From an uncultured virus (IMG/VR IMGVR_UViG_3300025413_000017) (lineage: Duplodnaviria > Heunggongvirae > Uroviricota > Caudoviricetes): 64,000 bases of DNA. How positions within the stretch are numbered: the stretch's first letter is position 1; every line of letters starts with the position of its first letter. Positions 17,583 to 28,064 of this stretch are shown piece by piece. The position numbers and the translations under genes are program-made. Below the pieces are notes generated by a model. The model was not told the DNA's origin. It saw only the letters and a program-made list of their open reading frames with translations, and made no database searches. The stretch covers positions 1 through 64,000 of the IMG/VR virus record IMGVR_UViG_3300025413_000017; one strand, 5' to 3'.

Positions 17583-19010
17583 TTAAGTCTTGATAATCTT
17601 GTAAACTACAGCATATGGCTGCATATTATTGTGACCTGAAACACTAGTAATTGCGGTGTTGTTACTGGTGTTAAGTCCGGTTTGAGCAGGAACTGTAAAA
17701 TTAAGACCAGGAATAGCTACACTACCACCAACAGTCATTGCAGGAATAGAAAGTGCAGGTATAGAAGCACTATTGACAGTGAGTGAAGGTACAGTAAAAC
17801 TTGCACCAGATAGACTGTGGGTGTGACCAGAGTCACTAGCAGAAGTAGTAGCACTAGAAGTAATACCTGTTGTTGCAGATTGAGTTGGGTTAGCAGTACC
17901 AAAGTGATTACTAGGGGTTCCGCTACCATAAAGGTTTCCACCACCACCAGTATTGTATACCATAAAAGCATAAGATCCAGCACTATGTGTGTGACCAGGA
18001 TCTGATATACTTACACTTGTACTAGCACTAATATTAGCAGTACCACTTCCTGTACTTCCTGAACCAATAGTACCAGCAGCCGCTACAGTAGTAGTTGAAC
18101 CTGTGGTACCAGTTCCTGTACTATAAGTACTACCTGGGATACTAAGACTTACACTAGAACTTGTACCTGTACTAGTTGTTCCTGTAGAACTTGGGACTGT
18201 AAAGGTATGAGTGTGGACATTGAGAGGAGTTTCTCCACTTTGGAGTGTGTGCATAAACTCTCCGCCAAGTGCAGCAAGAGGATATGCTGTTCCACTAACT
18301 CCAATTGTAACTTTACCTCTTAAGTCTGGAACATTAAAACTTGCACCAGAACCACCCCAAGTATAGGCAATTGCGGAAAATAGAGTAGCGTAAATTGTTG
18401 TACTATAACTTGCACCATCACAAATTAAATAACCTGTAGGTACATTTGCTGAAGGACCTGCAAAATCAATAACTGTTCCGGCAGGAATACCTGCACCTGC
18501 ACTTGGTGTTTGCCAAACAGGCGTTGGGACTGTACCACTTAAAGTTAATACTTGACCACTAATACCAACAGGATATTGAGCAGTCCAGGTAGGTGTTGTA
18601 CCACTTAAAGCAAGTATGTAACCACTAATTGTTGGACCAGGTAATCCACTAACTGAAACTGAAGATGACCAGATAGCACCGCTTATACTAGTTGAAGTGA
18701 GAATTTGTCCAGTAGAAGTTGGTACACCACTAATAGTAACACCGTTAATTGTACTAACACTAATTTGGCCTACATAACGACTTAATCTATATGCAGTAGT
18801 TGTATTTTCAATAAACCAAGTTTGACCTTGTTTAATCATGTCTGAAGTTACACCGGCAGGCAAAACATCCAATGCAATTTGATATTGAAAACCTCTATTG
18901 TCTTGCCCTGTAGTCCAAAGAAGACTATTAAGTGGGTTTATATAAGGGTCATTTAATATAGTTACTCGTCTATTTGTTGTAACAACTGTAGAATTAGCAT
19001 TAAGTACCAT
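17583..19010 (-). CDS. Tail collar-domain fibre/spike protein
   Basis: PAGTVIDFAG...PTGYLICDG......LFSAI..TWGG....FNVPDLRG, HxH metal motifs (HTH x3) and terminal HNNMQPY...KIIKT. Confidence 0.8.
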   Translation of the reverse strand: MVLNANSTVVTTNRRVTILNDPYINPLNSLLWTTGQDNRGFQYQIALDVLPAGVTSDMIKQGQTWFIENTTTAYRLSRYVGQISVSTINGVTISGVPTSTGQILTSTSISGAIWSSSVSVSGLPGPTISGYILALSGTTPTWTAQYPVGISGQVLTLSGTVPTPVWQTPSAGAGIPAGTVIDFAGPSANVPTGYLICDGASYSTTIYATLFSAIAYTWGGSGASFNVPDLRGKVTIGVSGTAYPLAALGGEFMHTLQSGETPLNVHTHTFTVPSSTGTTSTGTSSSVSLSIPGSTYSTGTGTTGSTTTVAAAGTIGSGSTGSGTANISASTSVSISDPGHTHSAGSYAFMVYNTGGGGNLYGSGTPSNHFGTANPTQSATTGITSSATTSASDSGHTHSLSGASFTVPSLTVNSASIPALSIPAMTVGGSVAIPGLNFTVPAQTGLNTSNNTAITSVSGHNNMQPYAVVYKIIKT

Positions 19011-19012
19011 AA

Positions 19013-22000
19013 TTAACCTACTTGTGGTGGGAAACCATAATGAAGTAATGAAGGTTTACTTGTTAATGTTTTCCTATAAACTGGACAAGTAACATTTGCA
19101 ATTGTATAAAAACCACTTGCTCTATCACCTTGATGTTGAACACTTTGAACGTAGACTTCAATACCATGGTCTTCAAGCCTAATCCTCATACCAGGATAAA
19201 GTTCAGGCATAAATGAAAGTCTAATTGTTGAAGAATATTGATTTGCCCAACTTTGCATAAACAATTGCCAGGCATACATAAATTCTGTGACATGACTACG
19301 AATCATTGGTTGTTCTTGAACAAGAGGCCTCATACCGTATCTAGCAAGAAAATTATTTGCAAAATTTCTTCCTAATTGTTTGTAAAGAGCATCTAGTGCG
19401 GTAGTTGTTGCATTGGGACTATCTGCAGTTGCAAAACCAAATAATATTGCCATAATTTCTGGTATTTGAACAGAAATAATACCGTTACTTTGCATCCAAT
19501 CAACTAAACCAACACTTGTTCCTAAGTTTACTTGGTCACCACTAACTGCAATGTGAGTTACTAATTTAGTGTCATCATGGTAAATAGTAAAATCAATAAT
19601 TTCTATATCATGGACACTTAGTGAGGGTGCTTGACCGTAAAGACCAAAATAATCTGGGAACCATGCTAAGAAGTCACCATTAGGAGCACTTTGAAATTGC
19701 CTCAAACTACTTTGCACCATTGTTGCAACACTTTGAAGTACAGGTTGGTCTGTAACAAATGCTCTTGGTGTACCAATAAGTGCTAATGTATTTTGGTCAA
19801 TCTGTGGTGGTTGAAAAGTTATATTAAAGTTTGTTCCAGTATTGGTAGCTGTTGTAGGAAGATTACCATTTGTTGGGTTGTTTACAGTTCCTGTAGATGC
19901 AGGGCCACCTTTCCATGTACCATAAGGTGTTGGAACCCAAATACCAGGATTTGTGTATGCCCTAGGATTAGTGCTTCCTACACCCCAAGTTCCTGCTGCT
20001 TTGTGTTGATAGTGACCACCATCCCAAGGGCATGCTTGAACTGCAGTTTTAAAAATGTTAATTGCACTACCTAAATCTTTTGGTGCACCAGGTGTATTAG
20101 CACTAGGCAATGGTATGTCTGGTATTAATTTTTTGTTACTATCATATTTTTTGGTAGGAGTGTATGTACCATTAGAATATCTAGGCCTACTATCAAATAC
20201 TGCACCAATTGCCCAATAAATTGAGGTATTCATTTTATAACCCCACCATTGAGCTGCAGCATCAAGTGATTGAAAAGCAGCACCTGGTGTACCACCTCTA
20301 CCTACAGCAGAGCCTAAACTAGTATCTGTATCACCAAGAGGATTGTAATAACAAGCCCAGTTATCAGCATTTTCTAGTGTAATCCAAAGATTAATGAGAG
20401 CGGCATTATTATCAGTGTTTGGGAAGCCACCATATAGTAAACATAAGTGAGCCCAAGAAGTACTATTGTCATATCTCCAAGGGGATATTGGAGCTTTGTT
20501 CCAAGGAGGAGGACCACCTGAGTTGTTTGCACTACTTGGTGTGTTCTTTGTAACTACAGTATTAGTATCACCTGTAGAACTTGTAGTTGTTGTTGAAAGT
20601 TGCCCACCTTGGTTAACTGTTTGACTAGTTGTAGTACCACCTTGAGCAAGTGTATCGCCTAATGAATAACCGTAACTTTGAAGTTGACTAACAAGGGTTG
20701 TAGTATCCTGAGGACCTTCATGAACTTTTGTAGGGTCTGCCCATGCTAGGGTTACCCTGATATTATTTGACAAATAAAAATCACCAGTAGTAGAAGTACC
20801 AGTAGAAGTTTTATGCTTCCCAACATTTTGGGTAACCGGTGTCCCTGCTAGGTATTCCCATGCGGCTCTACTAAGAACAATATTGTTTGCTGTGTTACCT
20901 GCAATACTTGCTTTAACTACAACTTGTTTAGCATTTGCAATACTAGTAACAAGTATAGGTCTACCATTATCCCAACCAGAACCTTGACCACCAAGCCAAT
21001 TTGCCGCTTCAGCTGCATTACCAATATTACTAGTAAAATAAGGCCAAGAAATTACACACCAATAATCTGGATCTTGCCTATCAGCAGAAACAGGTTGAGG
21101 CTTATTACTACCATTTGAATAATAATCCCAAACATCTTTAACTGATACAGTTTGAGCAATAATACCAGTTGGTCCGTTAGGGATTGTGTATCCTAATGCA
21201 CCACCTTGAGCACCATTAAGTAGTGTACCCGGTGCCATAACAGCATTTGTTGATACACCGTTAGGAATTGTAACTGCTTGAATTTGGGTAGGATCTAAAC
21301 CACTATAAGTAATATTTGTTTTATTAATACCGGTACCAATTAAGTTATTACCACTAATAATTCCGGCACCATCAAGTGCTTGCATCAATGTTTGAGCACC
21401 GTCTTGAGATACATAAGGGGTGTTTGTATTAATTAAAAAATTGTATGTTTGAGCAGCATTTGCTATCCAACCTGAAGGTATAGATGCAACATGAATGTTA
21501 GGCAATGGGATTCCTACAACATTAGAAAGTACATTAACAATACCTTGAGCTGCACCACCATCACCCCATTTTGAAGCATCAGATGTTGAGGCCATAAGCA
21601 TACCAGGCATTAATGACTGGAAGGAAAGGTTATTAACATCCCAAAAACTGTTTTGAATTTTATAAATAGTGCATTGTGCCTCAAAAGTTACCGGTTGAGG
21701 GACTAAAGTAATTATAGGAGCATTAGTTATATAACCTGTAAAATATTGTAGATAAGTATCTCTTTTTAGATATATAACTACTTGGTCCATTGTTTCTATA
21801 GGGAGTGATGTTTGACCACTTGCTATAGACTCAGGAGGAAGTGTGTACTTCCACCCTTTATTTACTAAAGTAAAATTTGCATTACTTGTAGAATTTGTTT
21901 GTCTAGTAATTGAAAAGTTGGTTATATCTTCTGAAACATCTATAATTTCAAAATTACCGTCTTTGTCTTTCTTTGAAGAACTCTTTACAAAAATTTTTAT

Positions 22001-22045
22001 ATCTGGTGAATAAAAATAAGTTCCTGTAGTTTTTGAAGCCGTCAT
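19013..22045 (-). CDS. Baseplate hub protein with inserted putative cell-wall-acting domains
   Basis: IDVSEDI..FSI.R N-terminus, FQSAPNGDFLAWFPDYFG and FMPELYPGMRI..YVQSV.H hub motifs. Confidence 0.75.
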   Translation of the reverse strand: MTASKTTGTYFYSPDIKIFVKSSSKKDKDGNFEIIDVSEDITNFSITRQTNSTSNANFTLVNKGWKYTLPPESIASGQTSLPIETMDQVVIYLKRDTYLQYFTGYITNAPIITLVPQPVTFEAQCTIYKIQNSFWDVNNLSFQSLMPGMLMASTSDASKWGDGGAAQGIVNVLSNVVGIPLPNIHVASIPSGWIANAAQTYNFLINTNTPYVSQDGAQTLMQALDGAGIISGNNLIGTGINKTNITYSGLDPTQIQAVTIPNGVSTNAVMAPGTLLNGAQGGALGYTIPNGPTGIIAQTVSVKDVWDYYSNGSNKPQPVSADRQDPDYWCVISWPYFTSNIGNAAEAANWLGGQGSGWDNGRPILVTSIANAKQVVVKASIAGNTANNIVLSRAAWEYLAGTPVTQNVGKHKTSTGTSTTGDFYLSNNIRVTLAWADPTKVHEGPQDTTTLVSQLQSYGYSLGDTLAQGGTTTSQTVNQGGQLSTTTTSSTGDTNTVVTKNTPSSANNSGGPPPWNKAPISPWRYDNSTSWAHLCLLYGGFPNTDNNAALINLWITLENADNWACYYNPLGDTDTSLGSAVGRGGTPGAAFQSLDAAAQWWGYKMNTSIYWAIGAVFDSRPRYSNGTYTPTKKYDSNKKLIPDIPLPSANTPGAPKDLGSAINIFKTAVQACPWDGGHYQHKAAGTWGVGSTNPRAYTNPGIWVPTPYGTWKGGPASTGTVNNPTNGNLPTTATNTGTNFNITFQPPQIDQNTLALIGTPRAFVTDQPVLQSVATMVQSSLRQFQSAPNGDFLAWFPDYFGLYGQAPSLSVHDIEIIDFTIYHDDTKLVTHIAVSGDQVNLGTSVGLVDWMQSNGIISVQIPEIMAILFGFATADSPNATTTALDALYKQLGRNFANNFLARYGMRPLVQEQPMIRSHVTEFMYAWQLFMQSWANQYSSTIRLSFMPELYPGMRIRLEDHGIEVYVQSVQHQGDRASGFYTIANVTCPVYRKTLTSKPSLLHYGFPPQVG

Positions 22046-22884
22046 CCTGGAATCCCATCTATATTGATTCCATTACCCATGGTTATATTTACCCTGGTCC
22101 AATTTTGACCTTGTTGAAGGACAGTATTAGCGGTTGGTCTAAGTTGTGACAAGTTACCTTTAACTACAATACTTGAAGGAATATCATTATTACCATTTTG
22201 AGGAGTTAATACATTCATTACATATTGAACAGAATAAACTGCTTTAAAACGGTCATATTCTTTAGCAACTTGTAAAATCCATCCTTGATATTGTAATGGT
22301 TGTAATTGCAAATTGCTTTGAACAGGATTACTTGCTTTATAATCTGGACCTGTTGCAGTATTTGTAAGTTGGGTATAATCAATAATCCTTGAAAGATTAT
22401 TATTAACCAAACTATTTGCTTTAGCAGTTGAATAAGTAGAACCTGGTCTAGAAGTTATGTCAAGGTTGGTAGTATTTGCAGCTGCATCAACAGGGTAGTA
22501 ATTATTGAAATAAGTAAAATTCATAGGTGGAGGACTAACAGAAGTTGTTGCGCTCAACTTTTGATGTGCCCTTAAATCATTATGGAATTGTTGCATTGCT
22601 TGAAAACCGTTGTAATCATATTTACCAGCGGTTGTATTTCCAGTTACTTGTAATGGCCAGTCAATACCAAAACTAATCATCATTTCAGATCTACGAATTG
22701 GAACCCAAACAATTGATTGGTGTGTCTGAGCACTAGCAAATTGAGTTTGTGCAGATGTAGAAAAGTTAGTAATCCATAAATCATAAGTAGTTGTAATTAA
22801 ATTTCCTTTAATATCAGAACCTGTTGAAAGGACAATATTAGAATTACCACCTCTATTTAAATAATTATTAGCTGCATTTGTCAT
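22042..22884 (-). CDS. Baseplate/tail structural protein
   Basis: Lies between tape measure and hub; start moved to the ATGA-coupled Met. Confidence 0.55.
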   Translation of the reverse strand: MTNAANNYLNRGGNSNIVLSTGSDIKGNLITTTYDLWITNFSTSAQTQFASAQTHQSIVWVPIRRSEMMISFGIDWPLQVTGNTTAGKYDYNGFQAMQQFHNDLRAHQKLSATTSVSPPPMNFTYFNNYYPVDAAANTTNLDITSRPGSTYSTAKANSLVNNNLSRIIDYTQLTNTATGPDYKASNPVQSNLQLQPLQYQGWILQVAKEYDRFKAVYSVQYVMNVLTPQNGNNDIPSSIVVKGNLSQLRPTANTVLQQGQNWTRVNITMGNGINIDGIPG

Positions 22885-23057
22885 TGTTGATTTCCCAACC
22901 AATCATTAAAAGAAGAAGCAGGGTTTGGGTTTTGACTTTGAAGAATGATACCCTTACTATTACTCCATGCAAAACCGTTCCAAGTAATAATTTCTTCATC
23001 TGGATAGTAAATTGGTTTTGAAACTAAGCAATCACTGATAGGTTTTGAATCTGCCAT
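22881..23057 (-). CDS. Small tail-region protein (58 aa, MADSKPISDCLVSKPIYYPDEEIITWNGFAWS...)
   Basis: Read by hand; fills the gap and is ATGA-coupled to the next gene. Confidence 0.65.
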   Translation of the reverse strand: MADSKPISDCLVSKPIYYPDEEIITWNGFAWSNSKGIILQSQNPNPASSFNDWLGNQQ

Positions 23058-23058
23058 A

Positions 23059-23682
23059 TTATACGTTGTAACTTGACCCTACATTAGGGGTATTTATAAT
23101 TGTTTTTGCATCACTGGAAGTTGCGGCAAAAGAGTTAGCAAGTTGTGCAACACTCAGTTGGTTTACTGAATCAAGTCCTTGATAAACTAAGTTTAGTTGG
23201 CCTGTTATAGTATTACCAACACCTGCAGAATAATTAAAAATATTGCCTACTTCTTTTAAAGTTTTTGTTATCAATTGGTCGGTAACATTATTGTCTTCTA
23301 TTTGAAAAGCAATTTGATAAGGATGAGTTACAGTTGTATAATCAATTCCCAAGTTAATTGTTTCAATATAGACACTTTGAGTAATAGTTCCATTTTCAGC
23401 AAAACTTGCAGGAATTACAAGTGTGGCGGCTGCTTTTGATTGAATTTGATTAGTTTGCATTTGCTTTAATTGAGAAAACAAATACATTAATTTAGGCCTA
23501 CTGCCTGCATCTCCAGAAAAGTTCATTTGTTGAGTTGCAACAGAAAGTATTTGAACTACACGACCACCGTAAGTATCAATTATTTGTTTGTTCAAAATAT
23601 AGTTCCACATAACATTATTAGGATTATATGGAAGTGCTATTGTTTGAGTATTTCCTAAAGTAAGGGTAGCAACACTTGTCAT
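23059..23682 (-). CDS. Tail tube initiator-like / baseplate protein
   Basis: LPYNPNNV.WNY.LN....DTYGGRVVQILS motif directly after the tape measure gene; TAATG-coupled. Confidence 0.6.
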   Translation of the reverse strand: MTSVATLTLGNTQTIALPYNPNNVMWNYILNKQIIDTYGGRVVQILSVATQQMNFSGDAGSRPKLMYLFSQLKQMQTNQIQSKAAATLVIPASFAENGTITQSVYIETINLGIDYTTVTHPYQIAFQIEDNNVTDQLITKTLKEVGNIFNYSAGVGNTITGQLNLVYQGLDSVNQLSVAQLANSFAATSSDAKTIINTPNVGSSYNV

Positions 23683-26153
23683 TATGGCATCCAACCGGTA
23701 TTTTGTCTAGTATTGACATCTAATCCCATGCCTGCAAGCATTTTAAGTTGTGCATTGGTAAGTTTTTGTGGATTATTAATTAACTCAAACAAAGCGGCTG
23801 CCCTTGGACCAAGTTCAATTTGCATTTGATTTTGAGTTAATGTACCATTATTAATCCCTTGAAGTGCTGTAACACCAAAAAGATCTCCTACAGACTTAGA
23901 AGAACCATATTGCTTTTGACCAAGTGGGCCCCATTGGATGGTACGAAGTTTATCTTTACCTGAAAGCATATCTTGGAATATTTGCTGTTGTTGCTTTGCA
24001 CTATCGTATTGTATAGAACCAAGAGTTTCCCAATTGCCACCAACATTTACTTCTGCTGTAAGACCAGTTTTTGAAAGATTAGCAGATGCTCCAAGTTTTC
24101 CAGCTATTGCACTAATTGAATTAGTAATACCTGTTTCACCTGTTTTACCGCCTGTTAATTGATTATACAATTTTGTAATACTTTGAGCACTTGCACCAGA
24201 TATACTCTCTCCACTACCACCATTTGTCATTGCTTTAGTTATCCAATCTCTTGCAGCTTGCGGTGTCCATTGAGCACCCTTACCATCAGGACCCATTGGC
24301 ATAAGTGATGAAAGAATTACATAAATTTGATATAGGTTATTATCAATTGCAGCTTGAAGGCCTGGCATTCCAGGATAAATTCCAAGACTGTTCTTAATAA
24401 CATTTAAAACTGCAGTATTGGTTGCACCAGCAAGTGCTGCTGCACCACTTTGTGTACCCATTTGAGAAAATGCTTGTGTAAATGACATACCAGCGGCTTG
24501 TGCTGTAAGTGCAAGGCCTGGCATGGTTTCAAGCATCATACCTGTACCACCAATATCTTGTTGTCTAAGATAAGTATTTGCTTGTGAATTTCCTACATTA
24601 GCAAGAGAAATACCAGCAGCAAGGTCTGTTGCCATAGCACCTTGAAAACCAAGACCACCAAGTAGATTTGTAGAATAAATAAAATTAGCTCTTAATTGAG
24701 AAAAACTAGCACCTGTGGTAGCACTAGTATTAGCTAGTCCATTTAATGCAGTAGTTAATTGTTGAACAGTAGCACCGGCAGCAATTACTGAAGAGTTAAA
24801 CATTTGCAAACTCTCTTGTGGGCTCATACCATATTGTTGATATGCACCACTAGCAAACCCTGTGTATTGGCCAAGTAACCCTGCATTTGGACCTGTACCA
24901 CCATTAAATAAACCGTTTACATCTCCTTGAAAACCAGCAGAAAGTCCAGTCATTTGAATTTCTTTAGCAGCACCATAACTTAGACGTGGATTAAATAGTG
25001 TATTAAAAAAATCGTTGGTTTCCATACCAACCATTTTACCAGCATTATTTTCACCAGTTAAACTACCAAGAACTTGACCTTGTCGGTCATAGGCAGCATA
25101 AGCATTGTAAGCTTGCATACCTAAATAACCAGCAGCTGCAACTGGTGCAAGAGCAGTTGCTGCACTACCAAGTGCTCCTAGCAAACCTGCACTACCAGCT
25201 ACTCCAAGACCACCTGCAGCTTCAGCAGCTATAGCAGCCCCTCCAATTTCTGGCATAACACTAGCAGCAACACTTTCAGGAAGCATGGCTGCTTGTTCGG
25301 CAGTCATTGGACCAATACCTTGTTCCATCATAGCTTGTGTAAAAGCACCAGAACCTGGACCACCAAACTCAGAACCTGGGGTACCAAAAATACGTGGGTG
25401 CCTACTTACCATACCACCTAATCCTTCAGTTACCCTACCACCTGAAAGTCTATCAATGTATCTACCAAGAGCAGCTACTTTACCACCAGGCATCCAATAA
25501 TTAATACCCAGCATTTTTTTAGCCATTGACTCACCATATGAAGTTTGCATTTCTTCATGGCTTAAAATACCTTTTGTACTTACTGGAGCATTGGCTCTAC
25601 CACTACCTCTTCTACCTTTTCCACCACCAGTATTACCCATCATAGTGGCAGTTACCAAGTTGTCTAGTAAACTACCCCCTCCCGACATACCAAAATCGGC
25701 AGCAGTTGCTTCAGGTGCACCAGGCATACCATAGCCAACATTTGCACCACCACCATCAACTACACTAGCAGGTGTTGTACTTGAAACACCTGGAGTATAC
25801 CCTTCACCACCACCACTTAGACCAGAAATTGCTCTGTTAATTTCATGGGCATTTTGTGCCATGTCTCTGAAGTTAACATTTGATGAGGCTGAAAGTTCTT
25901 TAAGTTGCCTAGCGGCTTCTAGGATTCTTTCTTGTGTTTCTGCAAGTTGCCCTGCAGTTTCAAGCATTTCTCCCTGGGCAGTATTATAGTCTTGAAGTTG
26001 TTTAGTTGCGGCTTCAATACTTGAACCCCAGTCTTTTAATTGACTAGCAAGTGCAGCGGCATCTTGGGTAGAACGGTCAATATTATTAAGATTGAGTTCA
26101 ATATTGGCTGTAATATCTGATGAGCCGTACCCACCCATAATATTGTCTGCCAT
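23682..26153 (-). CDS. Tape measure protein
   Basis: Ala/Gly-rich helical 823 aa ORF directly downstream of the frameshifted chaperone pair. Confidence 0.8.
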   Translation of the reverse strand: MADNIMGGYGSSDITANIELNLNNIDRSTQDAAALASQLKDWGSSIEAATKQLQDYNTAQGEMLETAGQLAETQERILEAARQLKELSASSNVNFRDMAQNAHEINRAISGLSGGGEGYTPGVSSTTPASVVDGGGANVGYGMPGAPEATAADFGMSGGGSLLDNLVTATMMGNTGGGKGRRGSGRANAPVSTKGILSHEEMQTSYGESMAKKMLGINYWMPGGKVAALGRYIDRLSGGRVTEGLGGMVSRHPRIFGTPGSEFGGPGSGAFTQAMMEQGIGPMTAEQAAMLPESVAASVMPEIGGAAIAAEAAGGLGVAGSAGLLGALGSAATALAPVAAAGYLGMQAYNAYAAYDRQGQVLGSLTGENNAGKMVGMETNDFFNTLFNPRLSYGAAKEIQMTGLSAGFQGDVNGLFNGGTGPNAGLLGQYTGFASGAYQQYGMSPQESLQMFNSSVIAAGATVQQLTTALNGLANTSATTGASFSQLRANFIYSTNLLGGLGFQGAMATDLAAGISLANVGNSQANTYLRQQDIGGTGMMLETMPGLALTAQAAGMSFTQAFSQMGTQSGAAALAGATNTAVLNVIKNSLGIYPGMPGLQAAIDNNLYQIYVILSSLMPMGPDGKGAQWTPQAARDWITKAMTNGGSGESISGASAQSITKLYNQLTGGKTGETGITNSISAIAGKLGASANLSKTGLTAEVNVGGNWETLGSIQYDSAKQQQQIFQDMLSGKDKLRTIQWGPLGQKQYGSSKSVGDLFGVTALQGINNGTLTQNQMQIELGPRAAALFELINNPQKLTNAQLKMLAGMGLDVNTRQNTGWMP

Positions 26154-26160
26154 TTTTATC

Positions 26161-26583
26161 CTATTCTTCTTCTCCTAGTTGGGAGACATCTATACCGTGG
26201 AATTGTTGTAGGAGTTCCAAGTCTCTTTCAAAGTCTTCATCTTTTTCAAGATCTTTGTGAGCATTAGAAATTGCGGAAAGAACTTCTTGTGCCTCTTCAA
26301 CTGTTTCTGGAGTTTTCCAGACAATTTCTGAGTAACCAAGATTCTCTTCAAGTTGGTCTTCTTTCGCCCTCTTATATTCTTTGTAAGCTTCTGGGCGGTG
26401 AATTAAGAGTTGTTGTTCAAACTTTGACTCTTCAAGTTCTTGGTTTTTTCTCTTCTTTAAGATAAGAGAAATTAATAGTAGTTTTTCTTGTACTTCACTT
26501 AAGACTTCTTTGTTAAAGAACCCTCTTTCAAGGGCCATCTCAATGTGATACTGAAGATACTGATCTACTTCCCACCTTTTGGG
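26161..26583 (-). CDS. Tail assembly chaperone, -1 frameshift extension (gpGT-like C-terminal part)
   Basis: The -1 frame from C-CCA-AAA reads RWEVDQYLQYHIE-MALERGFF..., continuous with the 26161..26538 ORF. Confidence 0.8.
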   Translation of the reverse strand, partial: PKRWEVDQYLQYHIEMALERGFFNKEVLSEVQEKLLLISLILKKRKNQELEESKFEQQLLIHRPEAYKEYKRAKEDQLEENLGYSEIVWKTPETVEEAQEVLSAISNAHKDLEKDEDFERDLELLQQFHGIDVSQLGEEE

Positions 26584-27068
26584 GTATCACTGATCTCTTC
26601 TTCATCTTTAAAGATAGGGGTGACTGTAGAATCCTTAGGAAGAATTCCAATCTCTTGAAGTACCTTAAATACCTGACCTTCTAGTTCGTCAATTTCTGCG
26701 AACAGAACATCAATTACTCCGTCATACCAACTGTTGATGACGTACTCAAACTTCTGTCTAAAGGTGTTAGTTCCCTTTACAGAAGGAATTAACTCCCTAC
26801 CATCTACACTCTCAAGACCTGCGGCAACAACTGCTGCTCGGTAAGCTCTACCGTATCCTACTGTGTCTTGATAATCCTTGGTTGCTAGTGTAATTTCTAG
26901 CTTTTCATTTACCGTTAGAGTTCTTACTACAAAAGTGTGAAATGGGATTTTCTTAATTTCTTTGTGCAAGTACCCTAGGTACAGAAGTCCTTCAAAAGGT
27001 TCTTTCCACTCTTCTGGAAAAACTTCTGCACCTAAAGGGTTTACGCTGCTTTGTTCGTTTCGTTTCAT
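26565..27068 (-). CDS. Tail assembly chaperone (gpG-like)
   Basis: Lies between tube and tape measure; F..LLYLG.L....F.VRTL...E.LE motif; slippery site just before the stop. Confidence 0.8.
   Translation of the reverse strand: MKRNEQSSVNPLGAEVFPEEWKEPFEGLLYLGYLHKEIKKIPFHTFVVRTLTVNEKLEITLATKDYQDTVGYGRAYRAAVVAAGLESVDGRELIPSVKGTNTFRQKFEYVINSWYDGVIDVLFAEIDELEGQVFKVLQEIGILPKDSTVTPIFKDEEEISDTPKGGK
26577..26583 (-). other. Programmed -1 ribosomal frameshift slippery heptamer CCCAAAA
   Basis: X XXY YYZ pattern in the correct frame, three codons before the TAG stop. Confidence 0.8.
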
Positions 27069-27119
27069 CTCTACTCCTTGGTCAAGGGTAACTACCTACC
27101 AATAATTATAGATGATTAA

Positions 27120-28043
27120 TTAGTTCTTATTAAGGAAACGGTTGTAAGGCTTCTTGACCTTAGATACTGAACGGATGTCTGCACTAATGAAACCAGTTCC
27201 ACTAAGTGAAGCAAGTGCTGTACCAAATACGTTGTTTGAAAGTGCACTACCTGAAACGGTAACACCATTAACAACAGTTGCACCACTAGCTTGTGAGTTA
27301 GCAACACCAGTACCACCAACGGCAAGTGTAGCACCAGCAGCAAAGTTACCACTAGCTGAAACGTATGGGCAGAAACCTTCTGATTGGATCCAACCGTAGT
27401 TACCACTAGGAATAGTAACAAGAGCAACACCAGCAAAGCGGCCGGCCTTTGTACCTACAACTGTTGGGTTAACGTTAGTGTCATCACTAGAAGCTACGTA
27501 CTGTGTACCTTGTCCATCAACAAATACTTGGTAGGTAGGACGGCCGTTGGTAGCAAAGCGAGATACTTCGTCTTGCCATACAGTTACTTGACCACTTGTA
27601 ATAGTAGCGTTAGCATTGTAAACATATAGGTAACGCTCACCGGCAGGACCAGTAAGTGCTTGGTTAGAAGCATTACCAGTATAGTTTGGACTAACACCAA
27701 CGTTGGTACCTTGTGTTCCACCTGCATCATAACCCTGACTTGCAAAACCAGCAAGAGTGTAAGTGGTTGGTGTGGTGCTTACGGTTGTAAGTACAGTACT
27801 AAGGCTCAACTGTGCGTTAACACCTGTTGAAGACTGAGCAAGTACATATGAACCACTTGCAGTTGTAGCGTCATTATTAACGGTTACAACTTGAATAACA
27901 TTTTGACGGGCACCTAGCGAAAGCTTGTCGAAGGTTTCCCAGTCGATTACATATTGGATTCCTGGAAGCATCTTACGGTGGTCCGGAAGGATAGCTTGTT
28001 GTACTCCAGGCTGCAATTGAATTACTACTGAACGGGCAGGCAT
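27120..28043 (-). CDS. Virion structural protein, possibly with a decoration/cement-like C-terminal domain
   Basis: Y.YV......I..GQ and AGVA...IPSGNYGWIQ..G motifs; strong RBS. Confidence 0.5.
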   Translation of the reverse strand: MPARSVVIQLQPGVQQAILPDHRKMLPGIQYVIDWETFDKLSLGARQNVIQVVTVNNDATTASGSYVLAQSSTGVNAQLSLSTVLTTVSTTPTTYTLAGFASQGYDAGGTQGTNVGVSPNYTGNASNQALTGPAGERYLYVYNANATITSGQVTVWQDEVSRFATNGRPTYQVFVDGQGTQYVASSDDTNVNPTVVGTKAGRFAGVALVTIPSGNYGWIQSEGFCPYVSASGNFAAGATLAVGGTGVANSQASGATVVNGVTVSGSALSNNVFGTALASLSGTGFISADIRSVSKVKKPYNRFLNKN

Positions 28044-28064
28044 TTTAATATTCCTTTCTAAGAA

